Source: an uncultured Clostridia bacterium (lineage in GTDB: Bacteria; Bacillota; Clostridia; TANB77; CAG-508). From it: a stretch of 64,000 nt of DNA. The stretch spans positions 10,366-74,365 of the forward strand of contig CANPVP010000009.1 of the NCBI GenBank assembly GCA_947581825.1, read 5' to 3'. The notes under the pieces were generated by a model. It saw only the letters and a program-made list of their open reading frames with translations, had not been told where the DNA came from and searched no databases. Shown here piece after piece: positions 20,544-28,552 of the stretch (position 1 is the stretch's first letter; every line of letters begins with the position of its first letter). Position numbers and translations under genes: made by a program.

Positions 20544-21731
20544 TTATTTTTTAATCTCATCATATAGTTTTTTAAATTGTGGTAATGCTCTTTTTATCAT
20601 TTCATTTTCTACACAATAAGAAATTCTAACATATCCTGGGTACGCAAAAGAACTACCTGGCACCATTAATATATTATATTTTTTTGCAATTTTGCAAAAT
20701 TCTTTTTCATCCTTTATTGGGGATTTTAAAAATAAATAAAATGATCCTTGAGGTTTAATACATTCAAATCCATATTCTATTAAGCCATTATATAATAAAT
20801 CTCTGTTTTTCTTATATTCATTAATATCTACTGTTAAGTCTGCGCATTCTCCAACTACTTTTTGCATAAGTGATGGTGCATTAACACACCCTATAACTCT
20901 ATTTGATATCGTTACTGCTTCAATAACTATTTTACTATCTGCCATTTCATCAGGAATTACCACGTATCCAATTCTTTCTCCTGGTAATGATAATGACTTA
21001 CTGTATGAATATACTACAAACGTATTATCATAATATTTTGTGATATATGGTACTTGTATATCATCATAAACTAATTCTCTGTATGGTTCATCTGATATAA
21101 GAAAAATAGTATTATTATATTCTTGTTGTTTCTTTCTCAATATTTCAGCAATTTCTTTGATAATATCTTCTGAATATACAACTCCTGTAGGGTTATTAGG
21201 TGTATTTATAATAACTGCTCTTGTTTTTGAACTTATTTTTTCTTCAAACTCTTTAAGGTTCGGTTCAAAAGTTTTATCATTACATAAAACTTCAATAATT
21301 TTTCCATCATAATTTTTTATATAATTTCTATATTCAACAAAATATGGTGCAAAAACAATTACTTCTTCTCCTGGATTTAATATTGATTTTAGAACTATAT
21401 TTAATCCACTTGCAGCACCAACTGTCATAATAATATTATTTTCGTTAAAATTTGTTTCAAATCGCTTATTAATTGAAGTAGCAATTTTTAATCTTACATC
21501 TTCAAAGCCACTATTGCTCATATATCCGTGAAGTTTGCAAGCATCTTCAGTATTTAATATGTTTTTTATTGTTTCATTAATCTTATCAGGTACTGGAACA
21601 CTTGGATTTCCTAAGCTAAAATCATATACATTTTCTTTTCCATATATTTTTTCTAACCTTTTTCCTTCTTCAAACATTTCTCTTATTACAGAATTATTAT
21701 TAACTAAATCTTTCATCTTTTCAGCTATCAT
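20544..21731 (-). CDS. PLP-dependent aminotransferase, class I (aspartate aminotransferase-like)
   Basis: 395 aa. NPTG and YSYSKSLSLPGERIGY (PLP lysine) motifs. Starts 13 nt after the copA stop. Confidence 0.85.
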   Translation of the reverse strand: MIAEKMKDLVNNNSVIREMFEEGKRLEKIYGKENVYDFSLGNPSVPVPDKINETIKNILNTEDACKLHGYMSNSGFEDVRLKIATSINKRFETNFNENNIIMTVGAASGLNIVLKSILNPGEEVIVFAPYFVEYRNYIKNYDGKIIEVLCNDKTFEPNLKEFEEKISSKTRAVIINTPNNPTGVVYSEDIIKEIAEILRKKQQEYNNTIFLISDEPYRELVYDDIQVPYITKYYDNTFVVYSYSKSLSLPGERIGYVVIPDEMADSKIVIEAVTISNRVIGCVNAPSLMQKVVGECADLTVDINEYKKNRDLLYNGLIEYGFECIKPQGSFYLFLKSPIKDEKEFCKIAKKYNILMVPGSSFAYPGYVRISYCVENEMIKRALPQFKKLYDEIKK

Positions 21732-21744
21732 AAAAACTCTCCTA

Positions 21745-23952
21745 TTAACCTTTTATTTTTCTTAATCTTAAAGCATTTAATATAACTGTTATACTGCTTA
21801 ATACCATTGCTAAGCTTGCTATCATTGGTGTAATTGAAATTCCTATAGGTTTTAATATTCCTACTGCTATTGGTATCATTAATAAATTGTAAAAAAATGC
21901 CCAGAATAAATTTTGTTTAATATTTCTAATTGTTTTTCTACTTATATTTATTAAATTGATTATACTCTTTAAATCATTTCTTGTAAGTATTACATCTGAT
22001 GAATCTATTGCAATATCGGTTCCTGTATTTACACTTACTCCAATATCACTTACAGTTAATGCAGGACTATCGTTGATTCCATCTCCGCACATCATTACAA
22101 ATTTATTTTCTTTTTTTAGCTTATTAATCATATTTGCTTTCTCTGTTGGCAATACATTTGCAATTACTTTTGTTATTCCAAGATTGTTAGCAATTTTTTC
22201 TGCAGTTTCTTTATTATCACCTGTAAGCATTATTGTTTGAATTTTTCTTTTATTTAACTCTGCCACAACCTCTTTCGCATTTTCTCTTACTATGTCATTT
22301 ATCCCTATAATTCCAACTATTTGTTGATTTTTCACAACGTATACAATGCTATTTCCATTTTCAGCTAATTTTTTTTCATCTTCTTCATGAGAATTTTCTA
22401 TATTATATTTTTGAAGTATTTTTGCATTTCCAAGTAAAAAGTCATTATCATCTATTTTTGCTTTTATTCCCAATCCAGCAATATTTTCAAGATCAGATAT
22501 CTTTAGTGTTTGTAATTTTTTATCTTGCAAATAATCTGTAAATGCTTTTCCTATTGGATGTGTAGATTTTGATTCTATACTTCCAACTTCTTGTATTAAT
22601 TGTTCTTCTTCCATATTACTATAATTTATAATTTTAGCTATTTTTAGCTTTCCATAGGTTAAAGTTCCTGTTTTATCAAATACTATTGTATCTACTTTTT
22701 GTGCATTTTCTAATATTTCACTTTTCTTAACTAATATTCCTTTTTCAGCACATAGTCCTTCTGCAACTACTATAGCAAGAGGAGTAGCTAAGCCTAAACT
22801 ACATGGACATGCAACTACTAATACAGTAACAAATGTAGTAAGTGCTATTTCTAGTCCCTGTCCTAAAATTAAATATACAATAAAACTTATAATAGCAATA
22901 AGCATAACTAATGGAACAAATATCCCTGACACTTTATCTGCTATTTTAGCAATAGGTGCTTTAGTATTACTTGCTTCTACAACCAATCGTACAATTTCAG
23001 ATATTGTTGATTCTTTACCAATTCTTTCTGCCTTATATTCTATATATCCATCATAATTTATACTTCCTGCAATAACTTTACTCCCAATTTCTTTTGAAAC
23101 AGGTTTACTCTCTCCTGTGATAAAAGATTCATCCAAATGAGTTTTACCAACTATTATTTCTCCATCTACTGCAATCTTATCTCCTGGTTTTGCTACTACT
23201 ATATCGCCTTTATTAATTTCATCTAAAGTTACTTTCTTTTCTTCTCCATTAATCTTAATTACAGCTGAGTTTGGTGTTATTTCTACTAATTTTTGTATTG
23301 CTTCTTTAGTTTTGTCTTTACTAATTCCATCAATATATCTTCCTAATTTTATGAAATAAATAACTATTGCTGATGATTCAAAATATAAATTCATAACTTG
23401 ATGATGATTTACTGTTAGTGTCATATACATATTATAAATACTATACAAAAAGCTAGACATTACACCTATAGCCACTAAGGTATCCATATTAGGAGTTTTA
23501 TGCACTAGATTTTTATATCCATTTTTTAGTATATCGAATCCATAGAATAAGAAAGCAATTGTTAAAATCAACAAACTTGTCATGTAGATAGCTGTATTTT
23601 CATGCGGATCAAAAATTTTAATTGTAGGTAAATTAATCATATGTCCCATTGAAATATACATTAAAATAATTGCAAGTATCGTAAAAATTATAAATTTTAC
23701 CTTTTCTTTCTTATTTTTCTTTTCGGTTTTTATTTCCTTAAATTCACCTAAACTTTTAAAACCTGCTTGTTTAACAAACTCTTCTAATTTTTCCAAATTT
23801 AATAATTTTTCATCATACTCAATACTAGCATTAGCCATTACAAGGTTAACACTTGCTTCTTTTATACCTTTTTGCTTATTTAAGTATTTTTCTAATCCGT
23901 TAGAACAAGCTGAGCATGTCATGCCTTCAATAGATAAAATTACTTTTTTCAT
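21745..23952 (-). CDS. copA: Copper-translocating P1B-type ATPase
   Basis: 735 aa. N-terminal HMA GMTCSACS, a CPC TM motif, DKTGTLT, GDGINDSPAL. Confidence 0.95.
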   Translation of the reverse strand: MKKVILSIEGMTCSACSNGLEKYLNKQKGIKEASVNLVMANASIEYDEKLLNLEKLEEFVKQAGFKSLGEFKEIKTEKKNKKEKVKFIIFTILAIILMYISMGHMINLPTIKIFDPHENTAIYMTSLLILTIAFLFYGFDILKNGYKNLVHKTPNMDTLVAIGVMSSFLYSIYNMYMTLTVNHHQVMNLYFESSAIVIYFIKLGRYIDGISKDKTKEAIQKLVEITPNSAVIKINGEEKKVTLDEINKGDIVVAKPGDKIAVDGEIIVGKTHLDESFITGESKPVSKEIGSKVIAGSINYDGYIEYKAERIGKESTISEIVRLVVEASNTKAPIAKIADKVSGIFVPLVMLIAIISFIVYLILGQGLEIALTTFVTVLVVACPCSLGLATPLAIVVAEGLCAEKGILVKKSEILENAQKVDTIVFDKTGTLTYGKLKIAKIINYSNMEEEQLIQEVGSIESKSTHPIGKAFTDYLQDKKLQTLKISDLENIAGLGIKAKIDDNDFLLGNAKILQKYNIENSHEEDEKKLAENGNSIVYVVKNQQIVGIIGINDIVRENAKEVVAELNKRKIQTIMLTGDNKETAEKIANNLGITKVIANVLPTEKANMINKLKKENKFVMMCGDGINDSPALTVSDIGVSVNTGTDIAIDSSDVILTRNDLKSIINLINISRKTIRNIKQNLFWAFFYNLLMIPIAVGILKPIGISITPMIASLAMVLSSITVILNALRLRKIKG

Positions 23953-23967
23953 ATATAAAAGCTCCTT

Positions 23968-24174
23968 CTATTCTTTTATTGAATAACCTATATCATCTAT
24001 TTTATCCTTTATAACTTTTTCGTCTATATCTTTATTTAAAGTCACTGTAACAGTTCCATCAACATGGTTTGCAACAACTTTCTCTACTCCTTCTACTGTT
24101 TTTAATGCATTTTGCACTCTGTTCTCACATCCACTACACATCATACCTTCTACTTTAATTACTAATTCTTTCAT
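23968..24174 (-). CDS. copZ: Copper chaperone (HMA domain)
   Basis: 68 aa with a GMMCSGCE metal-binding motif. Confidence 0.9.
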   Translation of the reverse strand: MKELVIKVEGMMCSGCENRVQNALKTVEGVEKVVANHVDGTVTVTLNKDIDEKVIKDKIDDIGYSIKE

Positions 24175-24200
24175 TTTATTTCCACCTTTCTTTTTTTATT

Positions 24201-24617
24201 TTATTCTTCCAATAAATTTTGAAATTTATTACTAAACTCTGGAGCATATTTTTTCAAATTTATTGGTTTTAAACTTTTATCTGTGAAACAATGCTTTGTT
24301 TCTCCTGTTAAAAATAATTTGCCTGTTTCTTTATCTGTCATTTCATATCCAACTGTCATTCTAACTCCTGAATATTCTTTCATATACGCCTTAATTAATA
24401 TAGTATTTCCAAAAGTAGCATGATATTTATAATTACAACTTACACCTAATACTGGAATTGTTATTTGATTTTCTTCTAAAACTTCAAAAGGCATATCTAT
24501 ACTTTCTAACCAATAGCATCTTGCTTCTTCCATAAATCTAATATAATTTGAATGATGTACTACTCCCATTTTATCTGTTTCATAATAATTAATTTTTCTT
24601 TCAAAAATAAAACTCAC
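24201..24617 (-). CDS. Hotdog-fold acyl-CoA thioesterase (YbgC/4HBT family)
   Basis: 138 aa. YYETDKMGVVHHSNYIRFMEEAR motif. GTG start with RBS AAAGGAAG. Confidence 0.8.
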   Translation of the reverse strand: MSFIFERKINYYETDKMGVVHHSNYIRFMEEARCYWLESIDMPFEVLEENQITIPVLGVSCNYKYHATFGNTILIKAYMKEYSGVRMTVGYEMTDKETGKLFLTGETKHCFTDKSLKPINLKKYAPEFSNKFQNLLEE

Positions 24618-24632
24618 TTTTTCTCTTCCTTT

Positions 24633-24935
24633 CTATGCTTTATTAAATCTTTTAAATAAACTAATTAATTCATCTATTATTTCTAAATTTCCATCTTCCA
24701 AATCCTTTGTAACACAGCTATATAAATGTTTTTCTAATATATGATTTGATAGACTCTTAACAGAATTTTCGATAGCCGACAGTTGAACTAAAATATCATT
24801 ACAATATGCTTCTTCACTAACCATCCTTCTTATACCTTGTAATTGTCCTTCTATTCTGCTGATTCTATTATTTATGACTTTCTTTTCTTCTTCAGTTCTA
24901 TGAGTTGTCTTTTTACAACATTGCTTATTATCCAT
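24633..24935 (-). CDS. csoR: CsoR-family copper-sensing transcriptional repressor
   Basis: 100 aa. DUF156-type helices with Cys/His ligands (YCNDIL...HILEKHLYSC). Confidence 0.9.
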   Translation of the reverse strand: MDNKQCCKKTTHRTEEEKKVINNRISRIEGQLQGIRRMVSEEAYCNDILVQLSAIENSVKSLSNHILEKHLYSCVTKDLEDGNLEIIDELISLFKRFNKA

Positions 24936-24958
24936 AAAATTATCACCTGCAAGTTATT

Positions 24959-24998
24959 ATATACCCTTATGGGTATTTTGTAAATATGGGGGTATATA
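24959..24998 (-). promoter_or_regulatory. Putative CsoR operator(s) in the cop promoter region
   Basis: ATACCCTTATGGGTAT (24961-24976) and ATATGGGGGTATAT (24984-24997). These are GC-tract pseudo-palindromes of the TACCC-N-GGGTA type immediately upstream of csoR. Confidence 0.65.
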
Positions 24999-25055
24999 GA
25001 AAAAAAAATTCCTACTATATAAAAAAGAAAAGCATTGTAACTTTTCTTCTAACTA

Positions 25056-25808
25056 TTATTTATTAATTATATCTTTTATTACTTCTCCTGCAATGATTAA
25101 TCCTGCAACTGATGGTACAAAAGATATACTACCAGGAACTTGATTTCTTATTGAGCATTTTCTCTTTGTATCAGGTGGACATATGCAATTATTTTTACAA
25201 CTAGAATTTGAAGTCTCATCTATTTTTACAGGTTCTTCTTTAGAATACACAACCTTTAATTTTTCTATTCCTCTTGCTCGCAATTCTTTTCTCATAACTT
25301 TTGCTAAAGGACATACGCTTGTTTTATAAATATCTGTTACTTCAAATTTTGTTGGATCTAATTTATTTCCTGTTCCCATGCTAGATATTATTGGAATATT
25401 TAACTTGTTTGCTCTTATTACTAGTTCTATTTTTGCAGTAACAGTATCAACACTATCTACTACATAATCTACAGTTTCATCTAATATTTCTTTGCTATCT
25501 GGCATAAAAAATTCTTGATGTATTTCTACATTAGCATCTGGATTTATTTCTAAAATTCTCTCTTTCGCAACATCAACTTTATTTTTTCCAACTGTATTTC
25601 TTGTTGCAATTATTTGTCTATTAAGATTTGTTAAACAAACTTTATCATCATCTACTAGAATAAAATTTTCTATACCTGCTCTTACCAATCCTTCAACAAC
25701 AAAAGAGCCAACTCCTCCAATACCAAATACAGCGACTTTAGCTTTGTTTAATTTTTCTATTCCTTCTTTTCCTATTAATAATTCTGTTCTAGAAAATTGA
25801 TTTAACAT
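25056..25808 (-). CDS. tcdA: tRNA threonylcarbamoyladenosine dehydratase (ThiF/E1-like)
   Basis: 250 aa. VAVFGIGGVGS dinucleotide-binding motif, LVDDDKV, typical TcdA length. Confidence 0.8.
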   Translation of the reverse strand: MLNQFSRTELLIGKEGIEKLNKAKVAVFGIGGVGSFVVEGLVRAGIENFILVDDDKVCLTNLNRQIIATRNTVGKNKVDVAKERILEINPDANVEIHQEFFMPDSKEILDETVDYVVDSVDTVTAKIELVIRANKLNIPIISSMGTGNKLDPTKFEVTDIYKTSVCPLAKVMRKELRARGIEKLKVVYSKEEPVKIDETSNSSCKNNCICPPDTKRKCSIRNQVPGSISFVPSVAGLIIAGEVIKDIINK

Positions 25809-25867
25809 TTTACAAAATCTCCTTATAATCTTATTTTATAGCATTTATACAAATATTTGTCAAATAA

Positions 25868-25900
25868 TATGAATCGGGCGACCACTGGTCGCCCCTACAT
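25868..25900 (+). repeat. GC-rich hairpin repeat, copy 1 (REP-like: stem GGGCGACC/GGTCGCCC followed by CTAC)
   Basis: TATGAATCGGGCGACCACTGGTCGCCCCTACAT, identical over 33 nt to 26109-26141. Confidence 0.85.
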
Positions 25901-25984
25901 ATATGTTATTTTGTTTCATATTTTTTTGCATCATTATAATAATACATTTGTATTGAATTAACATCTCTACTGTTAATATTTTTA

Positions 25985-26060
25985 CGGGTCGTCGGTGCTG
26001 AGGCTGTTAAGGCTTTGCCTGTTACAGCCTCAGTATGCCTGCTGGACGCCGACCCCTACA
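25985..26060 (+). repeat. Extended GC-rich hairpin with the same feet as the REP-like repeats
   Basis: ACGGGTCG...CGACCCCTACA encloses CTGAGGCTGT/ACAGCCTCAG (10 bp) and an apical AGGC-TTT-GCCT. Confidence 0.75.
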
Positions 26061-26108
26061 GAATTGCAATTCATTCACATTGCAGTCCATAATTAATAAT
26101 GCATAATT

Positions 26109-26141
26109 TATGAATCGGGCGACCACTGGTCGCCCCTACAT
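26109..26141 (+). repeat. GC-rich hairpin repeat, copy 2
   Basis: Identical 33-mer to 25868-25900, same orientation, 241 bp downstream. Confidence 0.85.
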
Positions 26142-26167
26142 TTATTCAATATTTTGCAATATTTAAT

Positions 26168-26324
26168 AAAATTTTCTATGTTTTTTCGTAGCGAGCTTGT
26201 GTGGGGACCGACTAGTTAGAAACAGTTAAGAAAATATCGAAGCAATCGCTAGCGAAATTGCAAGAATATTTTCTATACGGTTTCTACTAGTTGGGACGAG
26301 CGAGAAAAAAGCATAGAAAATTTT
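26168..26324. repeat. Foldback element copy 1 (113-nt conserved core 26191-26303 plus copy-specific complementary arms)
   Basis: The core matches the reverse complement of 41446-41558 with 5 mismatches and no gaps (manual alignment). The arms AAAATTTTCTATGTTTTTTC and GAAAAAAGCATAGAAAATTTT are complementary apart from a 1-nt bulge. Confidence 0.85.
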
Positions 26325-26329
26325 AGCAT

Positions 26330-26368
26330 GAAAAAAAGAAAATTAGAAATGCAAATTCTAATTTTCTT
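26330..26368 (-). terminator. Intrinsic terminator of dprA
   Basis: AGAAAATTAGA / TCTAATTTTCT, an 11-bp stem followed on the minus strand by a 7-T run. Confidence 0.7.
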
Positions 26369-26446
26369 TTAATAAAATTCAAGGGGATATTTGTGCTAAT
26401 TCTTATTAGTACATTTTTAATATATTAGTTATACCTTAAAATATTA

Positions 26447-27091
26447 TTAAAAATCTTCTAAAATATCAGATATATTTTGTACTAATTTCGCCCCTTCTTT
26501 TATTAAATTATTTGTACCTATCGAGTTTGAAGAATTGATATTTCCTGGTACTACAAATACGTTTTTTCCTTGATCTAATGCAAAATCTACTGTTATAAGT
26601 GTTCCACTTTTTTCTTTAGCTTCAATTACTAACACGCCATCTGATATGGCACTTATAATACGGTTTCTTGCTGGAAAATGATATTTTAATGGCTTAGTTC
26701 CTAAAGGATATTCAGATATTATCAAACCTCCTTCTTTTATAATTTTATTGTATAACCATTTATTTTCTTCTGGATAAACTATATCCAATCCAGAACCTAT
26801 AACAGCAATAGTTTTTCCTCCAGCATCTATACAAGCATTATGTGAAAAACTATCTATTCCTTTTGCTAACCCACTAACTATAACTATATCTTTTTTAGCT
26901 AACTCCGATGCAAAATAATTTGCACAACTTCTACCATATTCACTATATTTTCTACATCCAATTATTGCAATTTTTGTTTTATTTAAAAGACTATAATCTC
27001 CTACTAGATATAATTTCATTGGTGGATCAAATATATTTTTTAAACTTTCTGGATATTCCTTATCAAAAATAGAAATCTCTTTAAAATTCAT
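26447..27091 (-). CDS. dprA: DNA-processing protein DprA (short form, Rossmann-like core only)
   Basis: 214 aa. IVSGLAKGIDSFSH..., SGTLITVDFALDQGKNVFVVPG motifs. RBS AAAGGAGA. Confidence 0.8.
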   Translation of the reverse strand: MNFKEISIFDKEYPESLKNIFDPPMKLYLVGDYSLLNKTKIAIIGCRKYSEYGRSCANYFASELAKKDIVIVSGLAKGIDSFSHNACIDAGGKTIAVIGSGLDIVYPEENKWLYNKIIKEGGLIISEYPLGTKPLKYHFPARNRIISAISDGVLVIEAKEKSGTLITVDFALDQGKNVFVVPGNINSSNSIGTNNLIKEGAKLVQNISDILEDF

Positions 27092-27159
27092 CTTTTTTTC
27101 TCCTTTCTTGCATAAAAAGAGAGCTATTTTTTAGCTCTCTTTCTTTTTACTTTTCTCAT

Positions 27160-28002
27160 TTAGTTTTTTTTTGCTGCTTTTACTACATTTGACATTAGCA
27201 TCGCAACTGTCATCGGTCCAACTCCCCCTGGAACCGGTGTTATATATGACGCTTTTTTCTCAACATTTTCAAAATCTATATCTCCAACAATTTTTCCATT
27301 ATCTAGTCTATTTATTCCTACATCTATTATTACACTACCTTCTTTTACCATATCGCCCTTAACGAAATTAGGTTTTCCTAAAGCTGCTATAACTATATCT
27401 GCTTTTTGTGTTATTTTTTCTATATCTTTTGTTTTTGAGTGACATACTGTTACTGTTGCATTTTTATTTAATAAACATTGCACTAATGGTTTTCCAACGA
27501 TATTGCTTCTACCTATTATAACTGTATTTGCTCCTTCTGTAGGAATATTATATTCCTCAAGCATTTTTACTACTCCATTTGGTGTACATGACACAAAGCC
27601 ATCTTGATTTAAACACAATTTTCCAACATTTACTGGATTGAATCCGTCAACATCTTTATCTGGTGAAATTTCTCTAAAAGCCTCATCTATATTCAAATGT
27701 TTTGGTAATGGACTTTGAAGTAATATTCCATGTATTTTATCATCATTGTTTAATTTATGAATTAAATTTAATAATTCCTCCATTGTTGTTTCTTCTTTTA
27801 ATAGGTATTCTTCATATTCAATTCCAAGTTCTTCACATGCTTTACTCTTATTTTTTACATATATTTTTGAAGCTTTGTCCTCTCCTACCATTATAACAGC
27901 AAGTTTTGGTTGTATTCCATTCTTTTTTAAATCTTCAACTTCACTTTTTAAGTTACCTCGTATCGTTTTTGCAAGTGCTTTTCCATCAATTATTTTGGCC
28001 AT
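27160..28002 (-). CDS. folD: Bifunctional methylenetetrahydrofolate dehydrogenase/cyclohydrolase
   Basis: MAKIIDGKALA..., VGEDKASKIYVKNK, GRSNIVGKP, TPVPGGVGPMT. Start set at ATG 28002 (RBS GGGAG 5 nt upstream) rather than 28014. Confidence 0.95.
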   Translation of the reverse strand: MAKIIDGKALAKTIRGNLKSEVEDLKKNGIQPKLAVIMVGEDKASKIYVKNKSKACEELGIEYEEYLLKEETTMEELLNLIHKLNNDDKIHGILLQSPLPKHLNIDEAFREISPDKDVDGFNPVNVGKLCLNQDGFVSCTPNGVVKMLEEYNIPTEGANTVIIGRSNIVGKPLVQCLLNKNATVTVCHSKTKDIEKITQKADIVIAALGKPNFVKGDMVKEGSVIIDVGINRLDNGKIVGDIDFENVEKKASYITPVPGGVGPMTVAMLMSNVVKAAKKN

Positions 28003-28222
28003 ATTTACTCCCATTCCTTCCTATGCACACTCTCAAATTTATCTCATCTTTAGTTTTTATCATTCTATAATAACCCTATTAATTTTGCAATACATTTTCT
28101 ATTTATATTTTATTTGATATAATTTTACATTTATATTTCTTTTTCTTAAAATATCTTTTATTTTTTTCCTTTTTATGATAGAATTCACTAAAAGATAAAT
28201 ATAAATTTATGGAGGTTTCATT

Positions 28223-28507
28223 ATGGAATTTAAAAAATGTAATCGTTGTGGTTGTTTCTTTACTTCTGATGGAGATACTTGTGTCAATTGTTCTCCAAAG
28301 GATAAATTAGAAATTAATAAATTAAAAAATTTCTTAGACGGAGCTACTCCTGATGATGAAACAAATATTGATGCAATTTCATACAATACTGGAATTACAA
28401 TAAAAAACTTAAATAGGTTTTTAGAATCTGATGAATTTTCTGGAATTGTAAAAGAACTTGGAATTTTGAGTGCTGAAAAAGGTGTTGCAGGAAATATAGA
28501 ATGCTAA
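28223..28507 (+). CDS. Small zinc-ribbon protein (CxxC...CxxC; YvyF/TIGR03826-like)
   Basis: 94 aa. CNRCGCFF...CVNCSP N-terminus. RBS GGAGG 7 nt upstream. Confidence 0.6.
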   Translation: MEFKKCNRCGCFFTSDGDTCVNCSPKDKLEINKLKNFLDGATPDDETNIDAISYNTGITIKNLNRFLESDEFSGIVKELGILSAEKGVAGNIEC

Positions 28508-28552
28508 ATAATAATAAGCAAACAGTAAAGCTTCTCTATAAATTAGAGAAGC

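Noticed and set aside
25868-26141. Possible CRISPR array (identical ~33-nt repeats)
   Set aside because: There are only two copies, the spacing is 241 bp rather than about 30-40 bp, and there are no cas genes. The repeats are hairpins with REP-like features instead.
26168-26324. Foldback element as a 6S RNA (long hairpin with a central asymmetric bubble, ~155 nt)
   Set aside because: The overall shape is reminiscent. However, there are two copies with 96% identical cores and completely unrelated closing stems with sharp identity boundaries. One copy also sits inside an operon, in the opposite orientation. This pattern fits a dispersed repeat better than paralogous 6S genes, and I saw no 6S-specific sequence features.
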